This document shows positions 42,693-52,701 of a stretch of 64,000 nt of DNA, in pieces. Within the stretch, counting starts at the first letter, position 1, and the number at the start of each line of letters is the position of its first letter. The notes under the pieces are model-generated. The model saw nothing but the letters and a program-made list of their open reading frames with translations. It made no database searches and had not been told where the DNA came from. Both the position numbers and the translations under genes were made by a program. The DNA comes from Candidatus Rokuibacteriota bacterium (lineage in GTDB: Bacteria > Methylomirabilota > Methylomirabilia > Rokubacteriales > CSP1-6). The stretch covers positions 23,369 through 87,368 of the forward strand of contig JBIOXS010000108.1 in the NCBI GenBank assembly GCA_044869815.1, written 5' to 3'.

Positions 42693-44326
42693 CGATCGAC
42701 GGGAAAGAGATCGAGGTGGAGGCGGGGACGAACCTCATCGAGGCGGCCCGGCGGCTCGGCATCGAGGTGCCCCACTACTGCTATCACCCGGGCCTGTCGA
42801 TCGCGGGTCAGTGTCGGCTCTGCATGGTCGACATCGAGAAGGCGCCGCGCCCGACCATCGCCTGCAACACGCCGGCGGCCGACGGCATGATCGTGCACAC
42901 GCAGACGGAGCGCGTGAAGGAGACGCGGCGGTCGATGATGGAGTTCCACCTGATCAATCATCCGCTCGACTGCCCGGTCTGCGACCAGGCGGGCGAGTGC
43001 TGGCTGCAGATCTACTACATGAAGCACGGGCTCTACGAGCCGCGGATGACGGATGAGAAGGTGCACAAGCCGAAGGCGGTGCCGCTCGGGCCGCACGTCA
43101 TGCTCGACGCCGAGCGCTGCATCCTGTGCTCCCGCTGCGTGCGGTTCTGCGACGAGATCACCGGCACCGCCGAGCTCGGCATCTTCAACCGCGGCGACGT
43201 CTCGGAGATCGGCCTCGTTCCGGGCCGGGATCTCGAGAACAATTACTCGGGCAACGTCGTGGACATCTGTCCCGTCGGCGCCCTCACCGATCGCGACTTC
43301 CGCTTCCAGGTCCGCGTGTGGTATCTCGACTCGACGAAGTCGATCTGCCCCGGCTGCGCGCGCGGTTGCAACGTCGACGTGCATGTGAACCGCAAGCGGC
43401 CGCATCACGCCGGCGGACGCCGGGTGGCCCGGCTGAAGCCGCGATTCAACCCCGCCGTCAACGCCTGGTGGATCTGCGACGTCGGCCGCTACGGCTTCGG
43501 CGCTGTCGACGACGCCACACGGCTGACCGTCCCGTACCGACGCGTCGGTGGCGAGATCGCCGACATGGACTGGGGCGACGCCGTGACGGCGATGGCCGAC
43601 GCCCTCCGGCGCTACACGGCCGACGAGATCGCCATCGTCGCGTCGCCCCATCAGTCGAACGAGGACCTGTTCGCCGTCAAGCGGCTGTGCGAGCAGCGCG
43701 GGATCCGCCAGGTCGCGTTCCGCGTTCCCGCGGCGTCGGCGGCGACCGACGACGACTTCCTGCTGCGCGCCGACCGGCACCCGAACACGCGCGGCGCGGA
43801 GCTGATCGGGCTCGACGGTGACGGCGCCGCCATCCTGGCCGCCGCGCGCGCCGGTCGGATCAAGCTCTTGTGGGTGTTCGAGCACGACCTGCTCGGCAGC
43901 GGCTGGCCGCCCGCCGACACCGCGCAGGCGCTGGAGCGCGTGGAGACGCTCGTCTGGAGCGGCGCCAACGCCAGCGCCACCAGCACACGCGCCCATCTGG
44001 TGCTGCCGCTCGCGGCATGGGTCGAGCGCGATGGCACCTTCACCAACTTCCTCGGCCGCGTCCAGCGGTTCCGCGCGGCCGTGGAGCCGCTCGGCCAGGC
44101 GCTGGCCGGCTGGGACGTCGTCGGCCGCGTGGTGGCTGCGCTGGACGCGCCGCCAGCGGGAACCCGGGCCGAGCACTGGTTCCGGGAGCTGGCGAAGAAC
44201 GTCGGCGCCTTCGCGGGACTGACCTATCAGGCGATCGGTGACGGCGGCGGCATGGTCGGGGGAGCGCAGCCCACGGCGGCGCCGCCGCCGCCCGGCCGCC
44301 GGGCCGGCGCCAAGGTCACGGCGTGA
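42680..44326 (+). CDS. nuoG: NADH-quinone oxidoreductase subunit G (short form, 548 aa)
   Basis: It has an N-terminal 2Fe-2S site and 4Fe-4S cysteines (CRLCMV, HPLDCPVCDQAGEC, CILCSRCVRFC). It lacks a long C-terminal extension. Confidence 0.85.
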   Translation: MPRLTIDGKEIEVEAGTNLIEAARRLGIEVPHYCYHPGLSIAGQCRLCMVDIEKAPRPTIACNTPAADGMIVHTQTERVKETRRSMMEFHLINHPLDCPVCDQAGECWLQIYYMKHGLYEPRMTDEKVHKPKAVPLGPHVMLDAERCILCSRCVRFCDEITGTAELGIFNRGDVSEIGLVPGRDLENNYSGNVVDICPVGALTDRDFRFQVRVWYLDSTKSICPGCARGCNVDVHVNRKRPHHAGGRRVARLKPRFNPAVNAWWICDVGRYGFGAVDDATRLTVPYRRVGGEIADMDWGDAVTAMADALRRYTADEIAIVASPHQSNEDLFAVKRLCEQRGIRQVAFRVPAASAATDDDFLLRADRHPNTRGAELIGLDGDGAAILAAARAGRIKLLWVFEHDLLGSGWPPADTAQALERVETLVWSGANASATSTRAHLVLPLAAWVERDGTFTNFLGRVQRFRAAVEPLGQALAGWDVVGRVVAALDAPPAGTRAEHWFRELAKNVGAFAGLTYQAIGDGGGMVGGAQPTAAPPPPGRRAGAKVTA

Positions 44327-45438
44327 CGGCGACGCTCGCGGACTTCGGCATCGCGTTCGCGCGGGTGGCGTTCGTGATGATGTTCGTCCTCAACCTGGGC
44401 GGTCTGCTGACCTGGGTCGAGCGCAAGCAGTCCGCCATCATGCAGGACCGGATCGGCGCCAATCGCGCCTCGATTCTCGGCTTCCGCGTCCTGGGCCTGT
44501 TCCATCCGCTCGCCGACGCCATCAAGATGCTGACAAAAGAAGATTTCTTGCCGGCGCGTGCCGATCGTTTTCTTTTCAAGCTTGCACCGTTCGTCTCCGT
44601 CTTCTTCGGCCTCGTCGCCTTCGCCTCCATTCCCTTCGGCGACACCGTCCGCATCGGCGACCGCGTCGTCCCCCTGCAGGCGGTCACCCTCAATGTGGGC
44701 GTGCTGTACGTCTTCGCCATGCTCTCGCTCGGGGTGTACGGCGTGATGATGGCCGGCTGGTCGTCGTCGAACAATTTCGCGCTGCTCGGCGGCCAGCGCG
44801 CGGCGGCGCTGATGATCTCGGCGGAGATCGCCATCGGCGCCTCGATCATGGGCGTGATCATGGTGTACGGCTCGCTCGACCTCATGGAGATCGTGCGCGC
44901 GCAGGGGGCGCCGCTGCTGCCGCGGCTGTTCGGGGACTGGATCCCGGCCTGGGGCGTGCTCACGCAGCCGCTCGCCTTCTTCCTGTTCCTCACGGCCGGC
45001 ATCGCCGCCACCAAGCGGATCCCCTTCGACATGCCCGAGGGCGAGTCGGAGATCATCGGCTACTTCGTCGAGTACAGCGGGATGAAGTTCGGGATGTTCG
45101 CCATGGCCGACTTCCTGGAGACGGTGGTCATCGCGGGGCTCACGACCTCGCTGTTCCTGGGCGGCTGGCAGGTGCCCTATCTGCAAGCGGCCGGGTTCGT
45201 CCTGCCATGGGGGGCCACGCTGTCGCTGCCGCACGCGCTGGTGACGCTGATGCAGGTGGGCGCCTTCTCGCTGAAGGTGGTGGCGATGATCTTCGTCATG
45301 ATGCTCGTGCGCTGGACGCTGCCGCGCTTCCGCTACGATCAGGCCATGCGGCTCGGCTGGCTCGGCCTCTTCCCGCTGTCGATCCTGAACATCGTGCTGA
45401 CGGGGCTGGTTCTGCTCATCATCGGCAATCACCCATGA
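44323..45438 (+). CDS. nuoH: NADH-quinone oxidoreductase subunit H (locus 2)
   Basis: GTGA overlap. It is NuoH-like and polytopic. Confidence 0.85.
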   Translation: MTATLADFGIAFARVAFVMMFVLNLGGLLTWVERKQSAIMQDRIGANRASILGFRVLGLFHPLADAIKMLTKEDFLPARADRFLFKLAPFVSVFFGLVAFASIPFGDTVRIGDRVVPLQAVTLNVGVLYVFAMLSLGVYGVMMAGWSSSNNFALLGGQRAAALMISAEIAIGASIMGVIMVYGSLDLMEIVRAQGAPLLPRLFGDWIPAWGVLTQPLAFFLFLTAGIAATKRIPFDMPEGESEIIGYFVEYSGMKFGMFAMADFLETVVIAGLTTSLFLGGWQVPYLQAAGFVLPWGATLSLPHALVTLMQVGAFSLKVVAMIFVMMLVRWTLPRFRYDQAMRLGWLGLFPLSILNIVLTGLVLLIIGNHP

Positions 45439-45983
45439 AGGCGCTCCAGAAGTTCTACCTTCGCGAAGTGCTGTCGGGCCTGGGCCTGACGGCGGCGCAC
45501 TTCTTCCGCAACATGCGGTTGCACACGGCCCGCGCGCTGGGCCGCAAGGACGCCCACGGAGCGGTGACGATCCAGTACCCGGAGGAGCGGCGCCCGTACT
45601 CGCCGCGGCTCCGCTCGCTGCATCGGCTGGTGCGGCGCGAGGACGGCTCGCCGCGCTGCGTGGCCTGCATGATGTGCGAGACGGTGTGCCCGGCGCGCTG
45701 CATCTACATCCTGGCCGACGAGCATCCGAACCCGGACATCGAGAAGATGCCGGCGCGCTTCGATATCGACCTCGGCAAGTGCGTCTTCTGCGGCTTCTGC
45801 GTGGAGGCGTGCCCCGAGGACGCGATCCGCATGGACACCGGGATCCTGGAGTTCTCGTCCTACAGCCGCGGCGGCATGATCTACACGAAGGAGATGCTGC
45901 TGAGCCTCGAGCCGGCCGGAGCGAACGGCGTGCCGACCTCACCGGTCCCGATCCCGGCGGACCGCACGGTGAGCGGCGCGTGA
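45435..45983 (+). CDS. nuoI: NADH-quinone oxidoreductase subunit I (locus 2)
   Basis: ATGA overlap. It has [12 protein letters not shown] and [12 protein letters not shown]. Confidence 0.9.
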   Translation: MKALQKFYLREVLSGLGLTAAHFFRNMRLHTARALGRKDAHGAVTIQYPEERRPYSPRLRSLHRLVRREDGSPRCVACMMCETVCPARCIYILADEHPNPDIEKMPARFDIDLGKCVFCGFCVEACPEDAIRMDTGILEFSSYSRGGMIYTKEMLLSLEPAGANGVPTSPVPIPADRTVSGA

Positions 45984-46477
45984 ACGCCGTCGTCTTCGCG
46001 CTGCTGGCCCTGGTCGCCGTCGGCTCGGCGCTCGGCCTCATACTCAAGAAGAACGCGATCCACGGCGCCCTGTTTCTCGTCGTGAACCTCGGCACGGTGG
46101 CGGCGCTGTACCTCACGCTCCGCGCGGAGTTCCTCGCCGCCGCTCAGGTCATCGTGTACGCGGGTGCCATCATGGTCCTCTTCGTCTTCGCGATCATGGT
46201 GCTCATCCCGGGCAAGGAGGAAACCGGCCCGGACCTGCGCCGACCCTACCGGCTCCTCGCCATCCCCATCGGTGCGGGTCTGCTCGCCGAGCTGACCGTC
46301 ATCGTGGCCTCTCGGACCGGTCGCGCGGCCGCCCCGGCGGCGGCGACTCCCGGCGGCGTGGAGGCGATCGGCCGCTTGCTGTTCACGGACTACCTCTTTC
46401 CCTTCGAGCTGACGAGCGTCCTGCTCCTGGCGGCGATGGTGGGCGTGCTGGTGCTGGCGCGACGGGGGGCGACCTGA
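45980..46477 (+). CDS. nuoJ: NADH-quinone oxidoreductase subunit J (locus 2)
   Basis: GTGA overlap. It is hydrophobic and NuoJ-like. Confidence 0.8.
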   Translation: MNAVVFALLALVAVGSALGLILKKNAIHGALFLVVNLGTVAALYLTLRAEFLAAAQVIVYAGAIMVLFVFAIMVLIPGKEETGPDLRRPYRLLAIPIGAGLLAELTVIVASRTGRAAAPAAATPGGVEAIGRLLFTDYLFPFELTSVLLLAAMVGVLVLARRGAT

Positions 46478-46779
46478 TGGTCCCGGACATCTGGTACCTT
46501 GCCCTGGGCGCGGTACTCTTCTCGATCGGCGTGGTCGGCGTGATCGTGCGCCGAAACCCGCTGGTGATCTTCATGTCGATCGAGCTGATGCTGAATGCGG
46601 TGAACCTGTCCTTCGTGGCGTTCGGGCACCGGCTCGGCTCGCCTGACGGACAGGCGCTGGTGTTTTTCGTGATGGCCGTGGCGGCGGCCGAGGTGGCGGT
46701 GGGGCTGGCCATCATCGTGGCCATCTTCCGGCTGCGACAGCGGCTGTCGGTCGACGACCTATCCGTGATGCGGTGGTAG
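46477..46779 (+). CDS. nuoK: NADH-quinone oxidoreductase subunit K (locus 2)
   Basis: It has [16 protein letters not shown]. The next gene is pdhA, and no nuoLMN follows. Confidence 0.85.
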   Translation: MVPDIWYLALGAVLFSIGVVGVIVRRNPLVIFMSIELMLNAVNLSFVAFGHRLGSPDGQALVFFVMAVAAAEVAVGLAIIVAIFRLRQRLSVDDLSVMRW

Positions 46780-46790
46780 GAGGCAGGGGC

Positions 46791-47804
46791 ATGCCCCAAA
46801 AGACTGCGACACAAACCGCCAGGGCGGGCCTCGGCATCGACGCCGACCTGGCGAAGCGGCTGTTCCGGGACATGGTGCTCATCCGGCGGTTCGAGGAGAA
46901 GGCCGCCGAGGCCTACGCGCTCGGGAAGATCGGCGGGTTCCTGCACCTGTCCATCGGCGAGGAGGCGGTGGCCGCCGGCGTGACGTCCGCGCTGCGTCCC
47001 GACGACTACGCGATCTCGACCTATCGCGAGCACGGGCATTGCCTGGTGAAGGGGTCGGACCCGCGGCGCGTGATGGCGGAGCTGTTCGGGCGCGTCGACG
47101 GGCTGTCGAAGGGCAAGGGCGGGTCGATGCACCTGTTCGACAAGTCCACGAACTTCCTCGGCGGCCACGCCATCGTCGGCTCGCACTTGCCGCTCGCGGC
47201 CGGCGTCGGCTTCAAGATCAAGTACGAGGGCGGCGACCAGGTCATCGTGTGCTACTTCGGCGATGGCGCCGTCCCCGAGGGCGAGTTCCACGAGGCGCTG
47301 AACCTCTCGGCGCTCTGGAAGCTGCCCGTGATCTGGGTGTGTGAGAACAACCGCTACGCCATGGGCACGTCGCTCGAGCGCGCACTGGCCCAGCCGGAGA
47401 TCTGGAAGTTCGGGCCGACGTACGGCATTCCGAGCGAGGCCGTCGACGGCATGGACGTGCTCGCCATGCGCGAGGCGACGGTGCGGGCGGTGGCGCGCGC
47501 CCGGACGGAGAAGACGCCGGCGATGCTGGAGGCGCGGACGTACCGCTTTCGCGGCCACTCCATGCGCGATCCGGCCGGCGCCGTCTATCGGACCAAGGAA
47601 GAGGTCGAGCGCGAGAAGCAGCGTGACCCGATCCTCCTCTTCCGGGACCGCGCGACCAAGGCGGGACTCCTCGGCGAGGAGGAGATCAAGCGCATCGAGA
47701 AGGATGTCAACGACCTCGTCGACGAGGCGGTCGCCTTCGCCGACGCCTCGCCCGAGCCGCCGCTGCCGGAGCTCTTCACCGACATCTTCAAGGAGGCGAC
47801 CTGA
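46791..47804 (+). CDS. pdhA: Pyruvate dehydrogenase E1 component, alpha subunit
   Basis: GGAGG RBS. It has the TPP motif GDGAVPEGEFHEALN. Confidence 0.9.
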   Translation: MPQKTATQTARAGLGIDADLAKRLFRDMVLIRRFEEKAAEAYALGKIGGFLHLSIGEEAVAAGVTSALRPDDYAISTYREHGHCLVKGSDPRRVMAELFGRVDGLSKGKGGSMHLFDKSTNFLGGHAIVGSHLPLAAGVGFKIKYEGGDQVIVCYFGDGAVPEGEFHEALNLSALWKLPVIWVCENNRYAMGTSLERALAQPEIWKFGPTYGIPSEAVDGMDVLAMREATVRAVARARTEKTPAMLEARTYRFRGHSMRDPAGAVYRTKEEVEREKQRDPILLFRDRATKAGLLGEEEIKRIEKDVNDLVDEAVAFADASPEPPLPELFTDIFKEAT

Positions 47805-47805
47805 G

Positions 47806-48795
47806 ATGGCGGTGATGACCTACCGCGAGGCGCTCAACGTCGCCCTCCGCGAGGAGATGACGCGCGACCCCCGCGTGTTCGTGATGGGCGAGGAGGTGGG
47901 CCTCTACGAGGGGGCCTACAAGGTGACGCAAGGGCTCTTGAAGGACTTCGGTCCCAAGCGCGTGGTGGACACGCCGATCGCGGAATCCGGGTTCACCGGT
48001 GTCGGGATCGGCGCCGCCATGACCGGCCTCAGGCCGGTCGTCGAGATGATGACGTTCAACTTCGCGCTGCTGGCCCTCGACCAGATCGTGAACTCGGCGG
48101 CCAAGCTCTGTTACATGTCGGGCGGACAGTTCAACGTGCCGATCGTCATTCGCGGTCCCGGCGGCCCCGCGCATCAGCTGGCCGCGCAGCACTCGCAATC
48201 GATGGAGGTCTATTTCTACCACGTGCCCGGACTCAAGGTGGTGCGGCCGTCGACGCCGATGGATGCCAAGGGCCTGCTGAAGTCCGCCATCCGCGACGAC
48301 AACCCGGTGATCTTCATCGAGTCGGAGACGCTCTACAACGTCAAGGGCGAGGTCCCGGACGATCCGGACTTCGTCATCCCGCTGGGGCAGGCCGTCGTCC
48401 GCCGCGAGGGCACCGACGTCACGGTGGTCGCCTACATGGGGATGATGTACCGCGCCATGGAGGCCGCCGAGGAGCTGGCAAAAGACGGTATCTCGGTCGA
48501 AATCGTGGATCCTCGCACTCTTCGACCCATGGACACGGACACCATCATCGGCTCCGTCCGTAAAACCCATCGCGCAGTGGTGGTCGAGGCGGGCGCCGGT
48601 TTCGCCGGAATGGGCTCGGAGATCGCCGCGTTTATAACCGAGCAGGCCTTCGACGACCTCGACGCCCCCGTGGAGCGGGTGACGGGCGCCTCGGCGCCGA
48701 TGCCGTATGCGAAGAACCTCGAGAAGGCCAAGACGCCGACCAAGGACAAGATCATGGATGCCATCCGACGTGTCTGCTACGCCAACGGGGGCTGA
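47806..48795 (+). CDS. pdhB: Pyruvate dehydrogenase E1 component, beta subunit
   Basis: 329-aa transketolase-like C-terminal fold. Confidence 0.9.
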   Translation: MAVMTYREALNVALREEMTRDPRVFVMGEEVGLYEGAYKVTQGLLKDFGPKRVVDTPIAESGFTGVGIGAAMTGLRPVVEMMTFNFALLALDQIVNSAAKLCYMSGGQFNVPIVIRGPGGPAHQLAAQHSQSMEVYFYHVPGLKVVRPSTPMDAKGLLKSAIRDDNPVIFIESETLYNVKGEVPDDPDFVIPLGQAVVRREGTDVTVVAYMGMMYRAMEAAEELAKDGISVEIVDPRTLRPMDTDTIIGSVRKTHRAVVVEAGAGFAGMGSEIAAFITEQAFDDLDAPVERVTGASAPMPYAKNLEKAKTPTKDKIMDAIRRVCYANGG

Positions 48796-48797
48796 CC

Positions 48798-50150
48798 ATG
48801 GCCGTGACGAAGGTCCAGATGCCGAAGCTGTCGGAAGCCATGGAGAGCGGCAAGATCATCAAGTGGCTGAAGAAGGAAGGCGATCGCGTCCAGAGCGGGG
48901 ACATCCTCGCTGAGGTCGAGACCGACAAGGCCGACGTCGAGATGGAGGCCTTCGGCAACGGCATCCTCCGGAAGATCCTCGTCCCCGCCGGCGAGAAGGC
49001 GGACGTCGGCGCGCTGATCGGCGTGATCGCCGATCCCAATGACGACATCGGTGGCGTGGTGGCTCAGGCGGCCGCGCCCGCGGCGGCGCCTGCCGCCTCC
49101 TCGGAGGAATCGCGGCGACCGGTGACGGTGCCCCCGCAGCCGCGACGGGAGGATCACGCGGAGCGCTCGCCTTCGCCGTCCCGCGGACCGGAAGCGCCGG
49201 CGCGCCCCGCGGCCCCCGCGCAACCCGCCGGTCGACCGCAGCCGGCAGCTCCGGCGCACCCGGTCACCGTCGGCGGCGGCGAGGGTGGACGGCTGAAGGC
49301 GTCACCGCTGGCGCGGAAGATCGCCGCGCAGTCCGGTGTCGATCTCAAGCTGGTGCAGGGCAGCGGTCCGGGCGGACGCATCGTGCGTCGTGACGTGGAA
49401 GCAGCCGGGGCGGCGCCGGCGGTGGCGGCGAGCGGCGCGCCGCAGCGGGTAGCCGCGCAGCCCGGCGTCGAGTTCGAGGACCTCGCCCTCACGCCGATGC
49501 GGGCCGCCATCGCCAAGCGCATGCCGCTCAGCAAGGCGCCGGTGCCGCACTTCTACGTCACCTCGGAGATCGCGATGGACGCCGCGTGGGAGCTCCGCGA
49601 GCAGCTCAACGGCCTCGACGGCCAGCCGAAGATCTCCGTCAACGACTTCGTCGTGCGCGCCTGTGCGCTGGCCCTGCTGGAGCATCCGGGGATCAACGCC
49701 TCGTTCCAGGGCGACGCCATTCGCGTGTTCCATCACGTGCACATGGGCATCGCGGTGGCGCTCGAGGACGGGCTGATCACGCCGGTGTTGCGGGACGCCC
49801 ACGCCAAGTCGCTGGCGCAGCTGGCCGTCGAGAGCCGGGATCTCGCCGAGCGCGCGCGACAGCGGAAGCTGCGCACGCAGGAGCTGTCGGGCGCGACGTT
49901 CTCCATCTCGAACCTCGGCATGTTCGATGTCGCCGATTTCTCGGCCATCATCAATCCGCCCGAGGGCGCCATCCTGGCCGTCGGCTCGGTGCGCAAGGTG
50001 CCGGTGGTCACGGAGGGCGGGCTCGGCGTCGGACGGCGAATGGCGGTGACGCTCTCCTGCGATCACCGCGTGATGGACGGGGCCATGGGCGCCCGGTTCT
50101 TGCAAGACGTGAAGCGGCTGCTCGAAGAGCCGCTGCGGCTGCTGGTCTGA
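48798..50150 (+). CDS. pdhC: Dihydrolipoamide acetyltransferase (E2) with lipoyl domain
   Basis: It has the lipoyl-lysine motif ETDKADVEME, an Ala/Pro linker, and the catalytic motif DHRVMDGA. Confidence 0.9.
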   Translation: MAVTKVQMPKLSEAMESGKIIKWLKKEGDRVQSGDILAEVETDKADVEMEAFGNGILRKILVPAGEKADVGALIGVIADPNDDIGGVVAQAAAPAAAPAASSEESRRPVTVPPQPRREDHAERSPSPSRGPEAPARPAAPAQPAGRPQPAAPAHPVTVGGGEGGRLKASPLARKIAAQSGVDLKLVQGSGPGGRIVRRDVEAAGAAPAVAASGAPQRVAAQPGVEFEDLALTPMRAAIAKRMPLSKAPVPHFYVTSEIAMDAAWELREQLNGLDGQPKISVNDFVVRACALALLEHPGINASFQGDAIRVFHHVHMGIAVALEDGLITPVLRDAHAKSLAQLAVESRDLAERARQRKLRTQELSGATFSISNLGMFDVADFSAIINPPEGAILAVGSVRKVPVVTEGGLGVGRRMAVTLSCDHRVMDGAMGARFLQDVKRLLEEPLRLLV

Positions 50151-51535
50151 TGGCGACCCACGGGTTCGACGTCGTCGTCGTCGGCACCGGTCCCGGCGGC
50201 TACGTCTCCGCCATCCGCGCCGCGCAGCTCGGCCTTTCCGTCGGGGTCGTCGAGGACGACCGCCCGGGCGGCGTCTGCCTCAACTGGGGCTGCATCCCCA
50301 CCAAGGCGCTGCTGCGCAACGCCGAGGTCGTCCAGCTCTTCGAGCGAGCGGAGAGCTTCGGCGTCAGCGTGCAGGGTCTGCAGGTGGACTACGCGGCGGC
50401 CGTCAAGCGCAGCCGCGCCGTCGCCGATCGCATGGCCAAGGGCGTGGAGTTCCTGTTCAAGAAGAACAAGATCACGCTCTTCCCCGGAACGGGCGCGCTC
50501 AGGAGCCGCAACACCGTGGAGGTCAAGGGCCCGTCGGGCACGGAAACGCTGGAGGCGAAGCGCGCGGTGATCCTCGCGACGGGGTCAGAGCCGAAGTCCC
50601 TTCCTGGCGTCACCATCGACGAGAAGACCGTCATCTCGTCGAACGGTGCGGTACGAAACGAGGCGAAGCCGAAATCGATCGTCATCATCGGCGCGGGCGC
50701 CGTCGGCGTTGAGTTCGCCGACGTGTACCGCGCGTACGGCGTCGAGGTGACCCTGCTCGAGGCGCTCGATCGTGTCGTTCCCATCGAGGACCAGGAGGTC
50801 TCCGCCCAGCTCGCGCGCAACCTCTCGCGGCGCGGGATCCAGATCAAGACCGGGGTGAAGGTGAGCGCGGTCACGCCGGGTGGTGCCGGTGTGGTGGTCG
50901 AGACCGACGGCGCCAAGCTCGAGGCCGAGCAGGTCCTGATGGCCGTCGGCCGCGCGGCGCGGATCAAGGGCGTCGGGATCGAGGCGCTCGGCATCGCGAT
51001 GGACCGCGGCTTCGTCAAGGCGTCGCCCACGATGGAGACCTCGGTCAAGGGCGTCTACGCCATCGGCGACATGGCCGGTCCCCCGCTGCTCGCCCACAAG
51101 GCGATGGCCGAGGGGGTGGTGGCGGCCGAGGCGATCGCGGGCAAGAGTCCGCGTCCGGTCGACTACGGCAACGTTCCGTCGTGCACCTACTGCCGCCCGC
51201 AGATCGCCTCGATCGGCCTCACCGAGGCCAAGGCGCGCGAGGGCGGACGCGAGGTCAGCGTGGGCAAGTTTCCGTTCACCGCCAGCGGCAAGGCGGTGGC
51301 GCTGGCCGAGACCGACGGCTTCGTCAAGGTCATCGCCGACAAGAAGACGGGCGAGATCCTGGGCGCCCACATCATCGGCCCCGAGGCGACCGAGGTCATC
51401 CACGAGTTCGCGGTCGGCCGCACGCTGGAGGCGACGCTGGAGGAGCTGATCCACACGATCCATGCGCATCCGACGCTGTCAGAGGCGGCGCTCGAGGCCA
51501 CGCTGGCCGCGCTCGGCCACGCGATCCACATCTAG
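50150..51535 (+). CDS. lpdA: Dihydrolipoyl dehydrogenase (E3)
   Basis: It has the FAD motif GTGPGGY and the redox disulfide GGVCLNWGCIPTK. Confidence 0.95.
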   Translation: MATHGFDVVVVGTGPGGYVSAIRAAQLGLSVGVVEDDRPGGVCLNWGCIPTKALLRNAEVVQLFERAESFGVSVQGLQVDYAAAVKRSRAVADRMAKGVEFLFKKNKITLFPGTGALRSRNTVEVKGPSGTETLEAKRAVILATGSEPKSLPGVTIDEKTVISSNGAVRNEAKPKSIVIIGAGAVGVEFADVYRAYGVEVTLLEALDRVVPIEDQEVSAQLARNLSRRGIQIKTGVKVSAVTPGGAGVVVETDGAKLEAEQVLMAVGRAARIKGVGIEALGIAMDRGFVKASPTMETSVKGVYAIGDMAGPPLLAHKAMAEGVVAAEAIAGKSPRPVDYGNVPSCTYCRPQIASIGLTEAKAREGGREVSVGKFPFTASGKAVALAETDGFVKVIADKKTGEILGAHIIGPEATEVIHEFAVGRTLEATLEELIHTIHAHPTLSEAALEATLAALGHAIHI

Positions 51536-51543
51536 TGGCGCCC

Positions 51544-52701
51544 ATGGACTTCGAGCTGACCGCGGAGCAGCAGGCGCTGCGGCGCCGCGCGCGCGAGCTG
51601 GCCGACGGCGCGTTCGCCGAGCGGGCGGCGCGCTGGGACGCGAGCGAGGAGTACCCGTGGGAGAACGTCAAGGACCTGGCGGCCGCGGGCTTCATGGCCA
51701 TGACGGTGCCGACGACCTACGGCGGTGGCGGCCGGCCGCTCCTCGACGTCGTCCTCGTCATCGAGGAGATCGCGCGGGCGTGCGGCATCACCGGGCGCAT
51801 CGTGGTCGAGGGCAACCTCGGCACCGTCGGCGCGCTCAACGCCTACGGCACGGAGACGCAGAAGCGACGCTGGTTCCCGTGGGTCCTCGAGGGTGAGAAG
51901 CCGGCCATCGCCATCAGCGAGCCGGCCGCCGGCTCCGCGGCGACCGACATGGAGACGCGGATCGAGGAGACCGCCGGCGGCTACCGCATCACCGGCCACA
52001 AGTGCTGGATCACCGGCGCCGGGACGTCGCGGCTGTATCTCGTTTACGGGCGGTTCGGGGATCGTCCGGGCGCCGATGGGATCGGCGGCGTGTTCGTCGA
52101 GCGCGACACGCCCGGATTCAGGATCGGCCGGCGCGAGCTCATGATGGGTCTGCGCGGCATTCCCGAGGGCGAGCTCCACTTCGAAGGGTGCGTCGTGCCG
52201 CGCGAGCACCTGCTCGTCGGCCCGGGCGATGGCTTCAAGAAGCTCATGGCGGCCTACAACGGCCAGCGCCTCGGCGCCGCCACCGTGGCGCTCGGGCTCG
52301 CCCAGGGCGCCTTCGAGCGCGCGCTCGCCTACGCGGCGACCCGCAAGCAGTTCGGCAAGCCGATCGGCGACTTCCAGGGTATCCGCTGGAAGCTCGCGGA
52401 CATGGCGATCAAGATCGACGCCGCGCGCCTGCTGATCCACCGCTGCGCCGCTCGCGCCGGGTACGGGTTCCCGGACGCACTGGAGGCGGCCAAGGCCAAG
52501 ACGTTCGCGGCGGAGACGGCGCAGCAGGTCACGAGCGAAGCGCTCCAGATCCACGGCGCCGCCGGCTACGGGCGCTCGCTGCCGCTCGAGCGCATGATGC
52601 GCGACGCGCGGATGTTCGCCATCGGCGGCGGCACGCTCGAGATGATGCGCAACCTCATCGCCGACCGCCTGTTGCCGACGCGCGCGAACTGGCGGGCCTG
52701 A
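51544..52701 (+). CDS. Acyl-CoA dehydrogenase
   Basis: 385-aa ACAD fold (AAGFMAMTVPTTYGG...IYEGT-like C-terminus). Confidence 0.85.
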   Translation: MDFELTAEQQALRRRARELADGAFAERAARWDASEEYPWENVKDLAAAGFMAMTVPTTYGGGGRPLLDVVLVIEEIARACGITGRIVVEGNLGTVGALNAYGTETQKRRWFPWVLEGEKPAIAISEPAAGSAATDMETRIEETAGGYRITGHKCWITGAGTSRLYLVYGRFGDRPGADGIGGVFVERDTPGFRIGRRELMMGLRGIPEGELHFEGCVVPREHLLVGPGDGFKKLMAAYNGQRLGAATVALGLAQGAFERALAYAATRKQFGKPIGDFQGIRWKLADMAIKIDAARLLIHRCAARAGYGFPDALEAAKAKTFAAETAQQVTSEALQIHGAAGYGRSLPLERMMRDARMFAIGGGTLEMMRNLIADRLLPTRANWRA

